From assembly GCA_002633005.1 (NCBI GenBank), contig NMRA01000084.1, forward strand, positions 837,267 to 901,266: 64,000 bases of DNA, given 5' to 3'. This document shows positions 23,701 through 36,700 of this stretch, one piece after another (the first letter of the stretch is position 1; every line of letters begins with the position of its first letter). This DNA comes from Phoronis australis. Taxonomy: Eukaryota; Animalia; Phoronida. A program made the position numbers and the translations under genes. The notes beneath the pieces are model-generated. The model made no database searches, had not been told where the DNA came from, and was given only the letters and a program-made list of their open reading frames with translations.

Positions 23701-26436
23701 ATCCTCGGTAAGACATTTCGAAATGACAAATTTTAATTAAAAAAATGTGAATGTTATGAAATGCTGTACGGTGATCTAGTCGGTTCAAAAGTGAAAGAAA
23801 ATCCCGTTAGGTAATAATAAACAAGTTTAATATAATCCAAGTAACACAAACAAAAAGGCGACGAAACAATATTCTACCTACTAAACTGATTATCACAAAA
23901 CCACACAGCCGTCACAAGACGTATGGAATATCGACATCCAAAAATTGCAAGGCCTTAACATATAACAGAGAAAACTGAAACTTTTAAAAATTCAATTTCA
24001 ATATAAGCAATTTCCGGAGACTAGTGGGCCAATATTTGACATTATGAGGGCTGTCGAAGGATGAGAGAGAGAGTGGCATGATTGCGCTTCGCACACTATA
24101 TAAAAGAGCATTGGAGTGCCAAGCAGACCAGGAAAGTACAAAGGAAAAAACTTTTCTTTAACACGCTGGCTATAGAAATATCTCACAAAACAGGAGGTAG
24201 ACACGTTGTAGTATGGGCTACAGCACACTAGAGGCCTCCTGCTTTTGACAAATCCCTATGTTCTTGATAGACAGCAAAAATTGAAAAATGCACAATGCCA
24301 TAAAAATTATTCTAAAATTTGTTGTGAAGCAAATACAACTGATCTTCAAACTAAACTTATAGAAGCGATGGGCCCAACTAACCGTTCAACAGTGGATCAA
24401 GGGAGAGAGGGGCTAGGGCGAATCGGACGATACACCACGCCCTGTTTGTAAAATTTTCTGAAAACACTTTAACCCACACTCGTAACCAATCATCAAGAGA
24501 GCCTCTGCAGAGATACCAAAGTTACGTAATTGAGTATCACCAGACAATTCGCTACCTGCACGAATTCGCAATAATGCTTGAAAATGTAGTGTTGTGTCCA
24601 AATTACAGCGTTTCCGCATGTTTTGAACACACCAGCTTTCACGTTTACGTTGTTGAAGTTGATTATAAAAAGAAACATCGAGTCCTAAACAACAAAGCAC
24701 AACAATCAACTCCTCACCAGCCTCTTGGATCCGTCCCTGTAGCATGCATTAGATTAGTTTCTTAGTATATTTAAGTTTAAGCATCAACTCACTTGAACAA
24801 AATGTTAGATAGCTTTTACATAAGTCTCACAAAAAAGTTTTCACAATGATTTCACCCTGTTAAGTGTAAATTGAGTTCAGATCTAAATCACGGGGTGTAA
24901 GTTGACACCAGTTCTGTGTTGAAAAGAAACACCGCCCTGCAGACAAGTACATAGTCTTAGAGACAATAAATATCAGAGAAAGTGAATGTTTGCATGTCAC
25001 AAACTACACAAACAAGTATTTCAAGGGACAATGCCAAACAACCATCAGAGGAAGGCAATTCACCCCTCCACACTTGAGATATCCACGAAAAAATGAAGTT
25101 TTGCAGATTTACAGGTCTGCCTGAATAGTTTCTGCATTTTGCACAGTGCTTAACTTCCACATCCCTTACTGGTTAAAGCAACATTAACCTCAACATAAGT
25201 GTTTCAGTTCTAAGATAATCCCCAACACCTAATCAAATTCTTAACATCAGTGGTCACAGTGCAACGCTTTGCTAGTACAGCTAAACTCCACTCAGTGAAT
25301 GAATGGCAGAGTATTTTAAGCCCAACTGGCCAATGGCTGACAGAAAACGGTGAGAAATAGGGATTTCCAATAAAATCACAAAAACACAATTGTTTTGTAG
25401 CTCAGTCAAAACCAACAGCTTCCAGAAGTCTGTTGCATTCAACAAGTCTAAAAATGCCTTTTTTCGGATGTAAAACTGATAAGTAACGTTTGACTGGTTA
25501 CAAATCCAACTGCACAACCTTTTTTGCAATAAAATGTTTTCTTGCACAAAGTGCACATTAATTTTCACAAAGCATTCCTAAACTAGGAAAACGACACCCC
25601 AGTTACATTTCAAGCTTAGAGGGCGTCACTACCTCGCAAACTTTGAGATCTTGATTGCGGTATGAAGTCAGCAGCATAGTTCAGCAATTATTCTCTTGCT
25701 TAGAACAGAATGAACACATCCACTATAAACTCTTTAGTCTGGGACACAATATATATATGAAATTTAATTTCACAAAAGTTTTCAACAAAAATAGCTTTTC
25801 AGTTTGCCTTTAGCAAAATTGTGCATTAGGGCTGTCTCGAAATAACATATGGTAATTTTTTGAAGATTTTCAACAACATGAATAAGCTTCAGAAAAACAA
25901 AAAGAATGCCAATATAAGTGAATATTTTGTTCCAAAACTGCAGAATTTTTACTACACAAAATGTAGTTCGGAAAGGAACTTTTTATTAACCGAGAGATCG
26001 ATAAAAGTTCCTACATTAACATTATCAAGGTAACAGCACCATTATAGAAATATGCCAGACAACACTTAAACATTTGTAGCTTTTGTTTATGCCAATGGGT
26101 GAGCTGTATGCTTTGAGATAGGTAATGTAAAACCTCTACAAAGCACAAGGTGACCAACACTGAGGTAGCAGGGAGAGCTCCAAAGGTTAGTTTAGCCAAA
26201 GGTCATACTCCGTCACAGTTAAGACGATCTTATTCTAAATTTTTACTGACACACAGTTCAATAAATAGTTTATGAAGATGCCCCTTGCGTGTGAATACCG
26301 TGTTTGGCAGAATTTATGTAAGTTGCAATGTTTCGTTTCTGTAAAAAAACACAACACTGAATTCGCAATCACGAGTCAATGACCATCTAAGCTACGACCC
26401 AGGATAAAACAAGCCCCTAATGTTGACCTCATTTAA

Positions 26437-27780
26437 CTAGAAGCATGTAAGCTCGTCGTCACTATTCACCAGTTCTTCTTGCACTCCTGGTGACTTCAGT
26501 TGGTCGTAGTATGGTTCAAGGTAACTCAGCCTGTCAGGTAATCGCTTGTACTCCCTCAGAGTCACCTTACTACCCTCATCATCCGTCCACTGTTCCTCTA
26601 AGGCAGCCTCCAATTCGGACTCGAAATCACCAAGCATCAGATTCTCGATAGCAACGTCGTCCAGAACGTTATTGCTGCAGACACTCTCGTTATCTGACAG
26701 AGAGCTCAAGTCATCCGCGCTTTGATCTGTATTCAGGAGATCATACGTGATCTCGCGTACACCCGTATCAGATGATGCATTCCCTGAGCCTACTGAATTT
26801 ATTCGAACCTCATCAGACACTGGTCGTCTGTCTCCCCTGTCCGTGACGACAACATCACTTAAAGCAACTCCACTACGCTGTGAAGATCGACTCCCACGGC
26901 TGCCACTTCGTAATGTAACATCCGATTTATGACCTGCAGTTGAACATGTGTTAGGAAGACGAGCGTAATCCGAGTTTCTGTCGGAAAGATCAGACTGCTC
27001 AGCAAGGCTACGATGTTGCAATTTAGATTCTGTAGAGTTTGACAGAGTGTCATTCGGCACCGATATGCACCGTACAGGGGTACGTGCAGTGAAAGTATTT
27101 GGTAACTGACAAAAGTCTGAGGACTTGTGCAAATTGTCAAGAGCATCTTCGAGGGACACCGCCTTGTGATAAGCCAGACGCTTAGTTTCTCTGCAAGGCA
27201 CAGCCTCATCGGATGTTTGCAGAGACTGGTCCTCTTCCAGGGTAGACAGCTCACAGGTCAGCAAAAAGTCCGCAGGCACAGACCGCCGGCCAGAAGGTGA
27301 GTGTATTGTTTTATCTATGGTGGAAACGGCTGCCGACTTTGGTCGGCGGAAAACTGATGTAGTCCTCATGACGAAATCCTGAACAGGTGATGTCGGATTG
27401 CTCAACACAGGAGATATCCGCGACAAACATCTCGCTGCCTCACTGTCCACAAGTGACTTGGCAGATAGTTCCATTTGGAAACTGTTCGGTCTCACTGCTG
27501 GAGTGTTTGAAATGGCCTTCTCTGGAACATCTCGCGGTGACAGCGACCGTAGACTGTCAGTGGAGTCGGCAGTAGACTGCGGCGATGATTCAGGTGGAGG
27601 AGAGGGTGACTCCGCCCCCACGCCAGCACCACGTGGGCCCAGTTTGCGACGCAGCAAGCTCTCTTTCCGCTGCATGTGGATCTCATCGCTTATAGTCTCC
27701 AGGTGCGCCAGCGTGTCGGAATACAGTGCCTTGGACTCTTGAACTTTGACTTCCAACCTTGTGACCTTCTGTTTTTGCTC
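26437..27780 (-). CDS. SH3BP5: SH3BP5-like exon 7 (end of coiled coil plus long Ser-rich tail)
   Basis: cttacag|EQKQKVTRLE...ELTCF*. Confidence 0.9.
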   Translation of the reverse strand, partial: EQKQKVTRLEVKVQESKALYSDTLAHLETISDEIHMQRKESLLRRKLGPRGAGVGAESPSPPPESSPQSTADSTDSLRSLSPRDVPEKAISNTPAVRPNSFQMELSAKSLVDSEAARCLSRISPVLSNPTSPVQDFVMRTTSVFRRPKSAAVSTIDKTIHSPSGRRSVPADFLLTCELSTLEEDQSLQTSDEAVPCRETKRLAYHKAVSLEDALDNLHKSSDFCQLPNTFTARTPVRCISVPNDTLSNSTESKLQHRSLAEQSDLSDRNSDYARLPNTCSTAGHKSDVTLRSGSRGSRSSQRSGVALSDVVVTDRGDRRPVSDEVRINSVGSGNASSDTGVREITYDLLNTDQSADDLSSLSDNESVCSNNVLDDVAIENLMLGDFESELEAALEEQWTDDEGSKVTLREYKRLPDRLSYLEPYYDQLKSPGVQEELVNSDDELTCF

Positions 27781-30700
27781 CTGTAAGCATGAGTAAAGAT
27801 GCCAATCAAACATTGTTAGATGCTAATTGACAGTGAAGATAAGTCAGACAGTAATAAAAAGCAGAAACGAAATTGTCTTGAATTATTGTGCATCACTAGA
27901 AAGTGTTGAACACCCAAGTACAGCGTAGAGACAATGGAGAAATAACCTTAACTGCATGTGTCATTGTTATCATAAACTCTGCTTTTAGAATTTATTTTAA
28001 ATGCACTTGGACGCTATCAATGCTACAATGTAACGCCCAAAAGCACTTACCTCCATAAAAGCATTAAACTGGGCTTTCATTTCAAAATAAGGTCTGTAAT
28101 GAGAATAAGGAAAGTAATCAACCACCTGTGCTTGTACAGGTGTCATTAAGGGTAGATGCAAAGTAACTGAAAAGTGTGTAGAATTAGTCGGTGAAATTAG
28201 AAAGCCTTTACAATTTAACTCACTGACAGTGAACTTTGAAAGCCTTTTCAATTTTATGATTGACTTCAAACAAACCTGTCACTAACTGGATCATGTGACC
28301 ACGTCTTTTTGGAAAAATTAAGGGTAAAGAAAATGGAACATTCATAACAAAATAACAGTATTAATAAAATAAGCAAATCTCATTTGATACTAACGTTCCA
28401 AGACGAAATCTCAAAAAACACTATTGCATCTTTTTAAATACAAACCGCTTTTGTTTTAAGCAACTTCAGTAAAAATTCTAAAAGTCCTATTTTTCATAGC
28501 CCTCAAACAAAAGTAAAACTTTTAAAAACAATTTCTAACGGCACTTTTGAAAATGCACACAAAGCAAAATTTCATGTGAATCTAATTAGCCATTTCTAAA
28601 ACATGTTCCAAAATTGGCTAAATTTGGACATGTCGCTAGGGTCTCACAAACCCCCTGAATTAACTGGGATGATTGCGACACAATACAAACATCGATTTCA
28701 CAAACAGCCTCCCAAATCCATCCATACATCAAGCCTTATCTAACATACAGCCTCCCAAATCCATCCATACATCAAGCCTTATCTAACATACAGCCTCCCA
28801 AATCCATCCATACATCAAGCCTTATCTAACATGTGCCAAATTTGATGAATGGATACGCTCCAGCACCAATTTCCAAAATGTTCCCCTGAATCACAAAGAC
28901 ATTGTGATTAACGCTAACTGCTGCAGTAGAGCACACAGAACGAGTTATCGTGAAAAACATGTTTCAGCAGTAACTACGCAGACACAAAAGAGTTCACAAA
29001 AAAGTTAACAGAGCATTCCACCTTAAAATTGATGGAAAACAAAAGCCTTGAGCTAGTTTTCACAAAATTTGTTGTAAGACAGTGTTATATGTGGTCTAGT
29101 TTCTTTCAGAGATCAAACCATATATTGAATAAAGCCAGATGGATTGAGACAAAGCCATCAATTTTTCCCAGAAAACTACAGTTACATCAAGCAGTCAGTC
29201 AACAAGGATCACTGGGGGTTCTCTAAGGACAAGTTCATTGCCAGTACCAGTTAGTTCATAAGACAACGACCTTGGAACTTGTTATCGGCTAAGCCACGAA
29301 AGCTAAAAACAGCACGTCCATTCAACACGGAAATTTTTCCACTCCCATATGCAACAAACTCAAAGACAGCAGTCAAAAGTTTAAGTACTTACAAAAGTTG
29401 GAGGGAGTGAAGGTTTACAAGATTGCCGATTTGCAACAAATTCCAGCGGATACTCTGACTAAATGCAGCATTAAAATAAAAACAAACAATTGCCAAAGCA
29501 TGCATGTGAACAAAAAATAATGGCTCATAAAATAAAACGAGCAATGAAATACTAAAATTCAACTATGAGAGGAGCCAATGCACACTCAAGCCTGGGATGA
29601 CATTTCAGCCACACTAGAAGGTCTAGTAAAGTGGTTGGTGCAGTTAAGCTCAGGAATTGAAACTACCAGAGTGTTACTTGAAATGAAGTCAGCTGACAGC
29701 AGTTAAGAGGCCTTAAAGTCTACTTAGCAAGGTGACTCGTGCAAAAGTAAAACGATAACTGAAAAACATATCATGAGAAAATACACGCTTCTTCAGTTTA
29801 AAAAAGGCAACTACCCGATTAATCTGTGCACTGAGATGTGTGATGAAAACTATTTACAGAACTGCGAAAAGGCCAGTGAACTACAGTGCTCCTGACTAAG
29901 AAATCAACACGACCTCTCCCACAGGTGAGGCTAACGAGATCTACCTACCTGGACTTGTTGATGGCCCTTCTCAGGTAACGGTGCAACTCCTTAACCCTTT
30001 GCTCTGCTTCGTTGAAGCTCAGTGTGGTCCCTTGGTGTTCCTGTTCACAAGCCAGTCGCTCTGTCTCCGCCTCATTCACCTGTGATGAGAGAGATGGTAT
30101 TGTAGTCAAGTCAACTGTGCAGCATATGTTTGTATTCAATGCCAAGCCTGTATCTGAGTATGTTCAAGAGTCTCCTGGATATGCCACTATGATTTTGGTA
30201 AAATAGATTTCGCAAACCCTATAGCTCATAGACAAGACCCCAACAAATTTTGCTAAAAATCTACCAATCTATAGGAGCCATTTAACAAATCGAGATTGTT
30301 AATGTAAACTTCAGGGGCCTGTTCCACTAAAATGATTTACAAAAAGTTTTGATTGTAAATCGGATAATACACTTCTCATAACTTAAGCTAATACTTCGCT
30401 AGTTGTACGGTTTGGTTGAAAGCTGCTGCCTATATTAAACTTATTATCAGGCCAAGAAAAAAAATTAAATAAGCAGGAATAATATTCGCAATTTTTTAAC
30501 AGCGATATTTTAGAAGTACATTTTATTTTCACACATTGTGTGTACCTGAATACCTTCGAGTAAAATAAAAATAGTGTACTCAATGATTTTTGTCGCTGAG
30601 CACGGAAAATAAAACAAAAGTACTGTGGTCAACTCTCGAATGCTAAACAGCGTAAAACAGAAAGCAATACAATTAGATCCAAAACAGACTTAAAATCATC

Positions 30701-33700
30701 TGGTAAGTAAGACAAATGAGCCAAGCAGTCAAGTGTTTGATGCTACTGGGAATTTAATACTTACTTTAATGGTGGCATGGTTCAACATCTCTTGCCAGGC
30801 CATGTCAAATGGCTGACCTTTGGCCTGGTAACCCTGTTCCGCAAGGTCAACCATCTCCCGCGCGGCATTTTGCATGCTGATAGCACGTTCATACTTCAGA
30901 GCAACTTTCTGTGTCTCTTGTTGAAGCTGGAAAAGAAAACTATCAGGTATCAGTATCATCCTGAGTATCAAAGTGTACAATAATAATAACTATGTAAGGC
31001 AGTACACTGATTGCTGGTATCAGTATCACCCTGAGTACCAAAATGTACAATAATAGCTATGTAAGGCAGTCCACCGATTCTTGGCATAAGTATCACCTTG
31101 AGGAGTACCATAGTGTACAATAATAGCTATGTAACGCAGTACACCAATTCCTGGCATCAGTATAACCCTGAGTACCAAAGAGTACAAAAATAACTATGTA
31201 AGGCAGTCCACCGAATCCTTGCATCAGTATCACCAACGTGTACAATAGTAACCAAGTACTGAAACTAAAAGTACTCGGCGTCTCAATTGATACCTTGAAA
31301 ATTGCAAATGCAACTAACTCATTATTTCCATGCTTTTTACAACAGTTATTCAGAAAATGAAACGAAGACGTTGAACTCAAGTTTTCAACAACTGTTAAGA
31401 CTGTTTGTTTACGCTGCGGTCACTGCCTCGTTTTGAAGTATAACAAATGTGTTTTATGCAGTCATGTTTCTAAGGGGGGATCAACAATTAGTCGGACTTC
31501 AAAACCACTTGCTCAGACTTCAAAACTAGCTGGGTGGACTACAAAACCAGATGACCAGTGTTTTAACTTGGTGATCAGACCTCAAAACAGGTTAGCTGGT
31601 ACCTCAAAACCAGATCTGCACCCAAAAACTGGTTGGCTGGACATAAACGGGTTGGCCGGTGCTCAAACACAATGGCTGAACCAATTGCTGATTTTGAACA
31701 AAGAAACAAATGGGTACGAAAAATAAACACTAAATGTCACTAAAATCCTTCGAGACATTCAAAGTGAGTCTCTGAGGAAGTCCAGCCATCATGTTTGACC
31801 ACCGGCCAACTAGTTATAGCACTGGTCATCGTATTTTGGGTCCAGCCAACTAGTTTCTTGGGTGAGGCCATTGTGTCCAGACATCAAGTTTGATCACAGG
31901 CCATTTGGTTTTGCAGTCCAGCCAACTGGTTTCGAAGTCTGGGCACATGGTTTTGAAGTGCGACCAATTCTTGATTCCCCCTTGTGTTTTCGAAGACCAA
32001 ACATTAAGATACTAAAATACACAGTGAAGTTGCTATTCTCATAACATACCTCCATAGCAACTTTCCTAGCCTCGTAGTAAGGCCGGGCCTTCTCAATACA
32101 AGACCCTAACTTCTTAGACAATACTTGTAGCTTCTGAGTGGTGTCGGTCAATGTTTGCCGAAAAGCAGACCTCGCCTCCTAAACATACAAGAATGGAAAG
32201 AACAGTAAGTCGTGCAATGTAAACCTTGACTAAGCAACACAAGACCAAAAAGACTTAGCTAAGAACCACCACAGTATGAACAAACTATATTACATGACAA
32301 ATTACAAACACAAAACAACAACACGAAAAAATTAAAAAAACAGCAACTCTGCATTAATTAAATAACAAGAAATCATATTTACAGGTATAAAAGTCACATA
32401 TTCCATTTTACACTTTTTCACATAGAAAATAAATCTGAAACTAAATAAGGCGATCCAGATCCTCCCAAGGATACTATTGTTTCACGAAATGTAGAATATA
32501 AATAGTTAAATAAAACAACAAGAATAGATCAACTGAAATTTTCGGATGTAATAACGTCCTTTGTCAACTGAAACAGAAATAAAGTAAAATCAAACACTAT
32601 ATGACAATTGACATTTTGATTTTACTTTATTTCTGTTTCTGTTGACAAAGGACGTTATTACATCCGAAAATTTCAGTTGATCCATTCTTGTTATTTTATT
32701 TACCTATTTATATCCTACACTTTTTCAAAAATGCTTAGTAGGAAAAATATAATGTGCAGCAACATGAGTAAAGCCCTGACACCATGATTTTACATCACTA
32801 GTTACTGTAATGATGTAGATCAAGCTAAAGTAGCTCTTCATTTTTGCTAAGATGTTTACAGTTTACTATCTTTGGGTGATAATAACTGGTCATGTTCTAA
32901 GCATAAAATGAAGTTGGTTTGACTGTAATCACATCTTATCCCACAAACAAGCTAGTTATTAGTGAAAAGCAATAATAAAATAAACCACATTCAAATACAG
33001 TATCTGTGATGATTTACAAACACTGTGACAACTAGCACACACTTATGAAATTCTGTCAAGCTGCATGTAACTCCATTTAAAAGTAACTTTTAGAAGTCAC
33101 CACTAGGGGCACTCTGGTCAGCCACATGAGGAGTTTTGGTTGGTCCAATTTTGAACTACGTCAGTTAACGTCTGTCAGTCTATGCCACAGCCATATCGAT
33201 AGTGAAAATTAATGATAACAGAAAATAGGGGATGATATTTTTCACAAACAAACATGTGACTTTGAACAAACAAGCTTTATTGAAAGTACAGTAATTTTTA
33301 ACTTATTTAGCACACAATATGGCCGACAAGTGAAATTTTATTTTGTTAAATCTCTCCACAAAAATAAAGATTAAGGACAGTTTAGTCTATCTCAAGCACC
33401 GTTTGCAGTGAGTAGATGTCATAAAACAACAGTTGCTAAAGTTCCCATTATTTGCAAAAGTGGGATCTGCTATTGAAAAATAGAAAGATTGTCATTTTGA
33501 CAATTATCTTTGGGCGAAATAAGTGTAGAAATAAGATGAATTATATCCGAAGAATGTTTAGTGCTTTTATAAATCTTATTTTTAGCGTAAAGCCTATTGT
33601 TGGCAACAAGAAAACATTCTTCTAGCCGCTGTTTAAATACGAGGCTTAAATTTACACACTGCAATACGGATTGTGACTGCCTAGTAAAAGAGGTATTGGC

Positions 33701-36700
33701 GTAGGAGCTTCATCAGCCTAGCGTTTTAGCACAGTCGCCGCATTTCATCATCTTAACACACATATCCAAAAGCATTCTAGCCAATTAGCGATATTTTGCT
33801 TGCAGCTATCCAGTTGAAGAAGACTTACATCCAACTCAAGCTCAGATGTGTTGATGTCATTGGATGCCTTGTTTAATTTTTCTAGCTCAACCTGCAAGAA
33901 AGAGCATCACTGTTAATGAATCAGCGGATGCAGTCACTAACACTTGCATGGCTAGAAATTCACAAGGTGGCACTAGTGAAACAATGATTCTTCTTCCTGC
34001 GGAAATACACGTGCATTTAGGTAGTCATGTGGGACCCTAAACCCAAAAATGCACCCACGAAGACAAATCGCTTCCTACTCTGGATCTATTACGAGATGTT
34101 ATGGGTACTGAGTAATCCTAAAAAAACGGCAAAATTTCACTGTAACTTTGGAATACCGTATCTTAGAAATGACTAGACAGATTCAAAGGAAACTCTCACA
34201 CTCGCACATTATGATTAACTAAGCACTGTTCTAAAAATACATTCATGAATTGTTTTTAAAAGGTTCCAGTTTTGTATCTCAGTGCTATTGAAAACCAGCG
34301 TTGGTAGTCACAAATTAAATTAACTGGCGCAGGCTTGTTCCAGTTAGAACTCTGTGCCAAATCTCATTATGTTCCTCCGAGTGGTTTTGGGATAAAATGG
34401 AGATACATAAATAAGCTGACAGACCGCAAACCCACAGGAGGGAACAGTGACAGTAATCAAGTATAATTTTGTGGGCATATGATGAAGCTCGATTGGACAA
34501 TACTTCAAAGTTCAGACATTTTGGATACTCAGTATTCTACAGTGGGTTCTGCAAATTAAATTGTTCATTTTATGGTATGAAAACAGTGAGAAAACAGAAA
34601 GCTGACTTATATGGCACATGACTACCCAGAACAAGGTGCCCAAGCCAGGCCAATCAGAATGTGGCCAGACATCATCTGCCTCCTTTGACCTTCCAACAAC
34701 CTTGCTACATAATAATGCTTATAACAACCCGTTTGTGGCTTCCAACAAAATGGAACTGACTCATCAGCTAGCATCTGGCTGGTGATATTTTAAACATGCT
34801 AGATGGCATGGCAACATGGTGACTAATGATAAAACCATCTGTGGTTTGGAGAACAACAAACACAAAAATGTTGGTCAGCCTAGCAACATCAACAACACAA
34901 AATCAACAATAATTCCAGATAAACTGTGAATAGTCCAACTCTTGAAACCAATGCCATGACCTGGTAAAATATGGTCTAACCAGTTTCAATCTGAGATGAC
35001 AACTCTCATGGGAAATAGGTTGGACTTCGCAAACATAGTTTTTATTCAACATACACTCAAGTCAGAATGAGTAATTTAACTGCTTAATCCCCCCAGCCCA
35101 TATTTGATAACAGTTTTTGGAGGAACTGTCCCGCTTTTTGAAGCTTTGTCCCACATCCGGCACAGCATGCAGAATGTCCCACCTTTTCACACGCGTATAT
35201 CAATCACATAAAATTTTCGTACTTTTCCACACGGTTTACCCTATTTCCCTGCTCCACTTCACAGGCAAGATCAAGAAGAAAACTGTCAAGTTTTTCTGGG
35301 TGTTGTAGCGAACGTTTGCCCCTTGGGGTATGGCCTAGACCCAAGTGACCAGCTTTATTATTGTCCAATATTGGTATGTACAGTAATTCTTATCTACTTC
35401 TTTAGCATACAATATGGCCGACAAGTGAAATTCTATGTCAAATTTCTCCACAACATTTGAGATTAAGAAAATGGTATGGTTTGTACTGCATGGATGTCAT
35501 AAAACAACTTTTGGTAAATTTACCATCATTTATACAGCAATGTAATCAGCCTTGTAAAAAGAAAAATAACAATTTTGGCAATTATTTTGTGCAAGAGAGT
35601 TACTGCAACTACTCCTTGTGTAAAATCACTAAACATCTTAAAAACACCTTTATAATAGTTACGAAAGAGGCTAATCATTTTCGAGCTGTTGATGACCTGC
35701 ATCAACTACCTTAAATGGCTTGTAATTCACAAGACTTAATCAAGACTTGACAATAACTCATACAGCCAAAACAATTTCAGGTTTGAATTTCAATTTTGAT
35801 CTCCAATTCAAAAATAACTTGCTTGAACAACCAGCTCAGTCCAATATTCATGTATCATGTGAACATTGGCACAACAGATTGCATATGGCAATGGACATGG
35901 ACAAGAACCATCAAGCAAAGGGATTGATGGATGAAAAAACAAAAGAAATATACCACGTAACCCAAAGCAAAATTGTCCAAAAACCCAAACTCCAATGGAG
36001 AAAATCACTGCAGCAACGACTGTTGTCAAACCGTTGGTCATGGTTTTATCAATATGTGTATTTTTTCATGCAAACTCTCTGTATTGAAAAACCCAAATAA
36101 GGTGTTCTACAAAAACTCGCTGTAATAACAAACCTAACTAAATAAGGTGTCCAACAACTTGGATCGATGTGAGACTCATCCTGGTGTGTAAACTCCATGA
36201 ATACACCTGAAATTTCACACCACAGGTAGTTCTGTTAGGCACCTCATCATGAAAGTTATACTACTAATACTAACGACCCGGTTTTGTTGGGGTCGCTGGT
36301 TCGATTCCTGTCACATGAAAGCCCTCCATGCTTCACGCGATGGTAGGTTGTGTTTTTATTATATGCATTGGTCAAAACTATCCATCACTGGAAATGAACA
36401 ATAAGAGCAATGCGGAGCATTGAAATGCACCCACAAAACACTACAAACGGTGTACTTCTAGAATTGTATATTTGTATCATGAAAATGGCCACTAGATGGC
36501 ACAAAATACGATAAACTCCTTTGAAATCTCTTTAATAGAGAGCTATTTAACGAATTTCGTAAAAATCTCTCAAGGAACTTCAGAGAAGCAAAGGAAAATG
36601 GAAAATAATGAAATTGCCATTAGAGGGCACAGTGTTCGTCGGATCCGTCTGAAAGACGTTGTCGTTTGTTGTTAACTTCATATTACACTTACTAGTGTGG

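Noticed and set aside
26747-27742. ORFs overlapping SH3BP5-like exon 7
   Set aside because: Antisense or off-frame by-products of a long coding exon
33311-35530. Shared block CAATATGGCCGACAAGTGAAATT at ~33315 and ~35410 (weaker at ~60853) as a regulatory element
   Set aside because: Flanks also align, so these are more simply fragments of a dispersed repeat family
36270-36340. tRNA gene (GGTTCGATTCC B-box)
   Set aside because: No A-box or cloverleaf; at most a SINE head remnant
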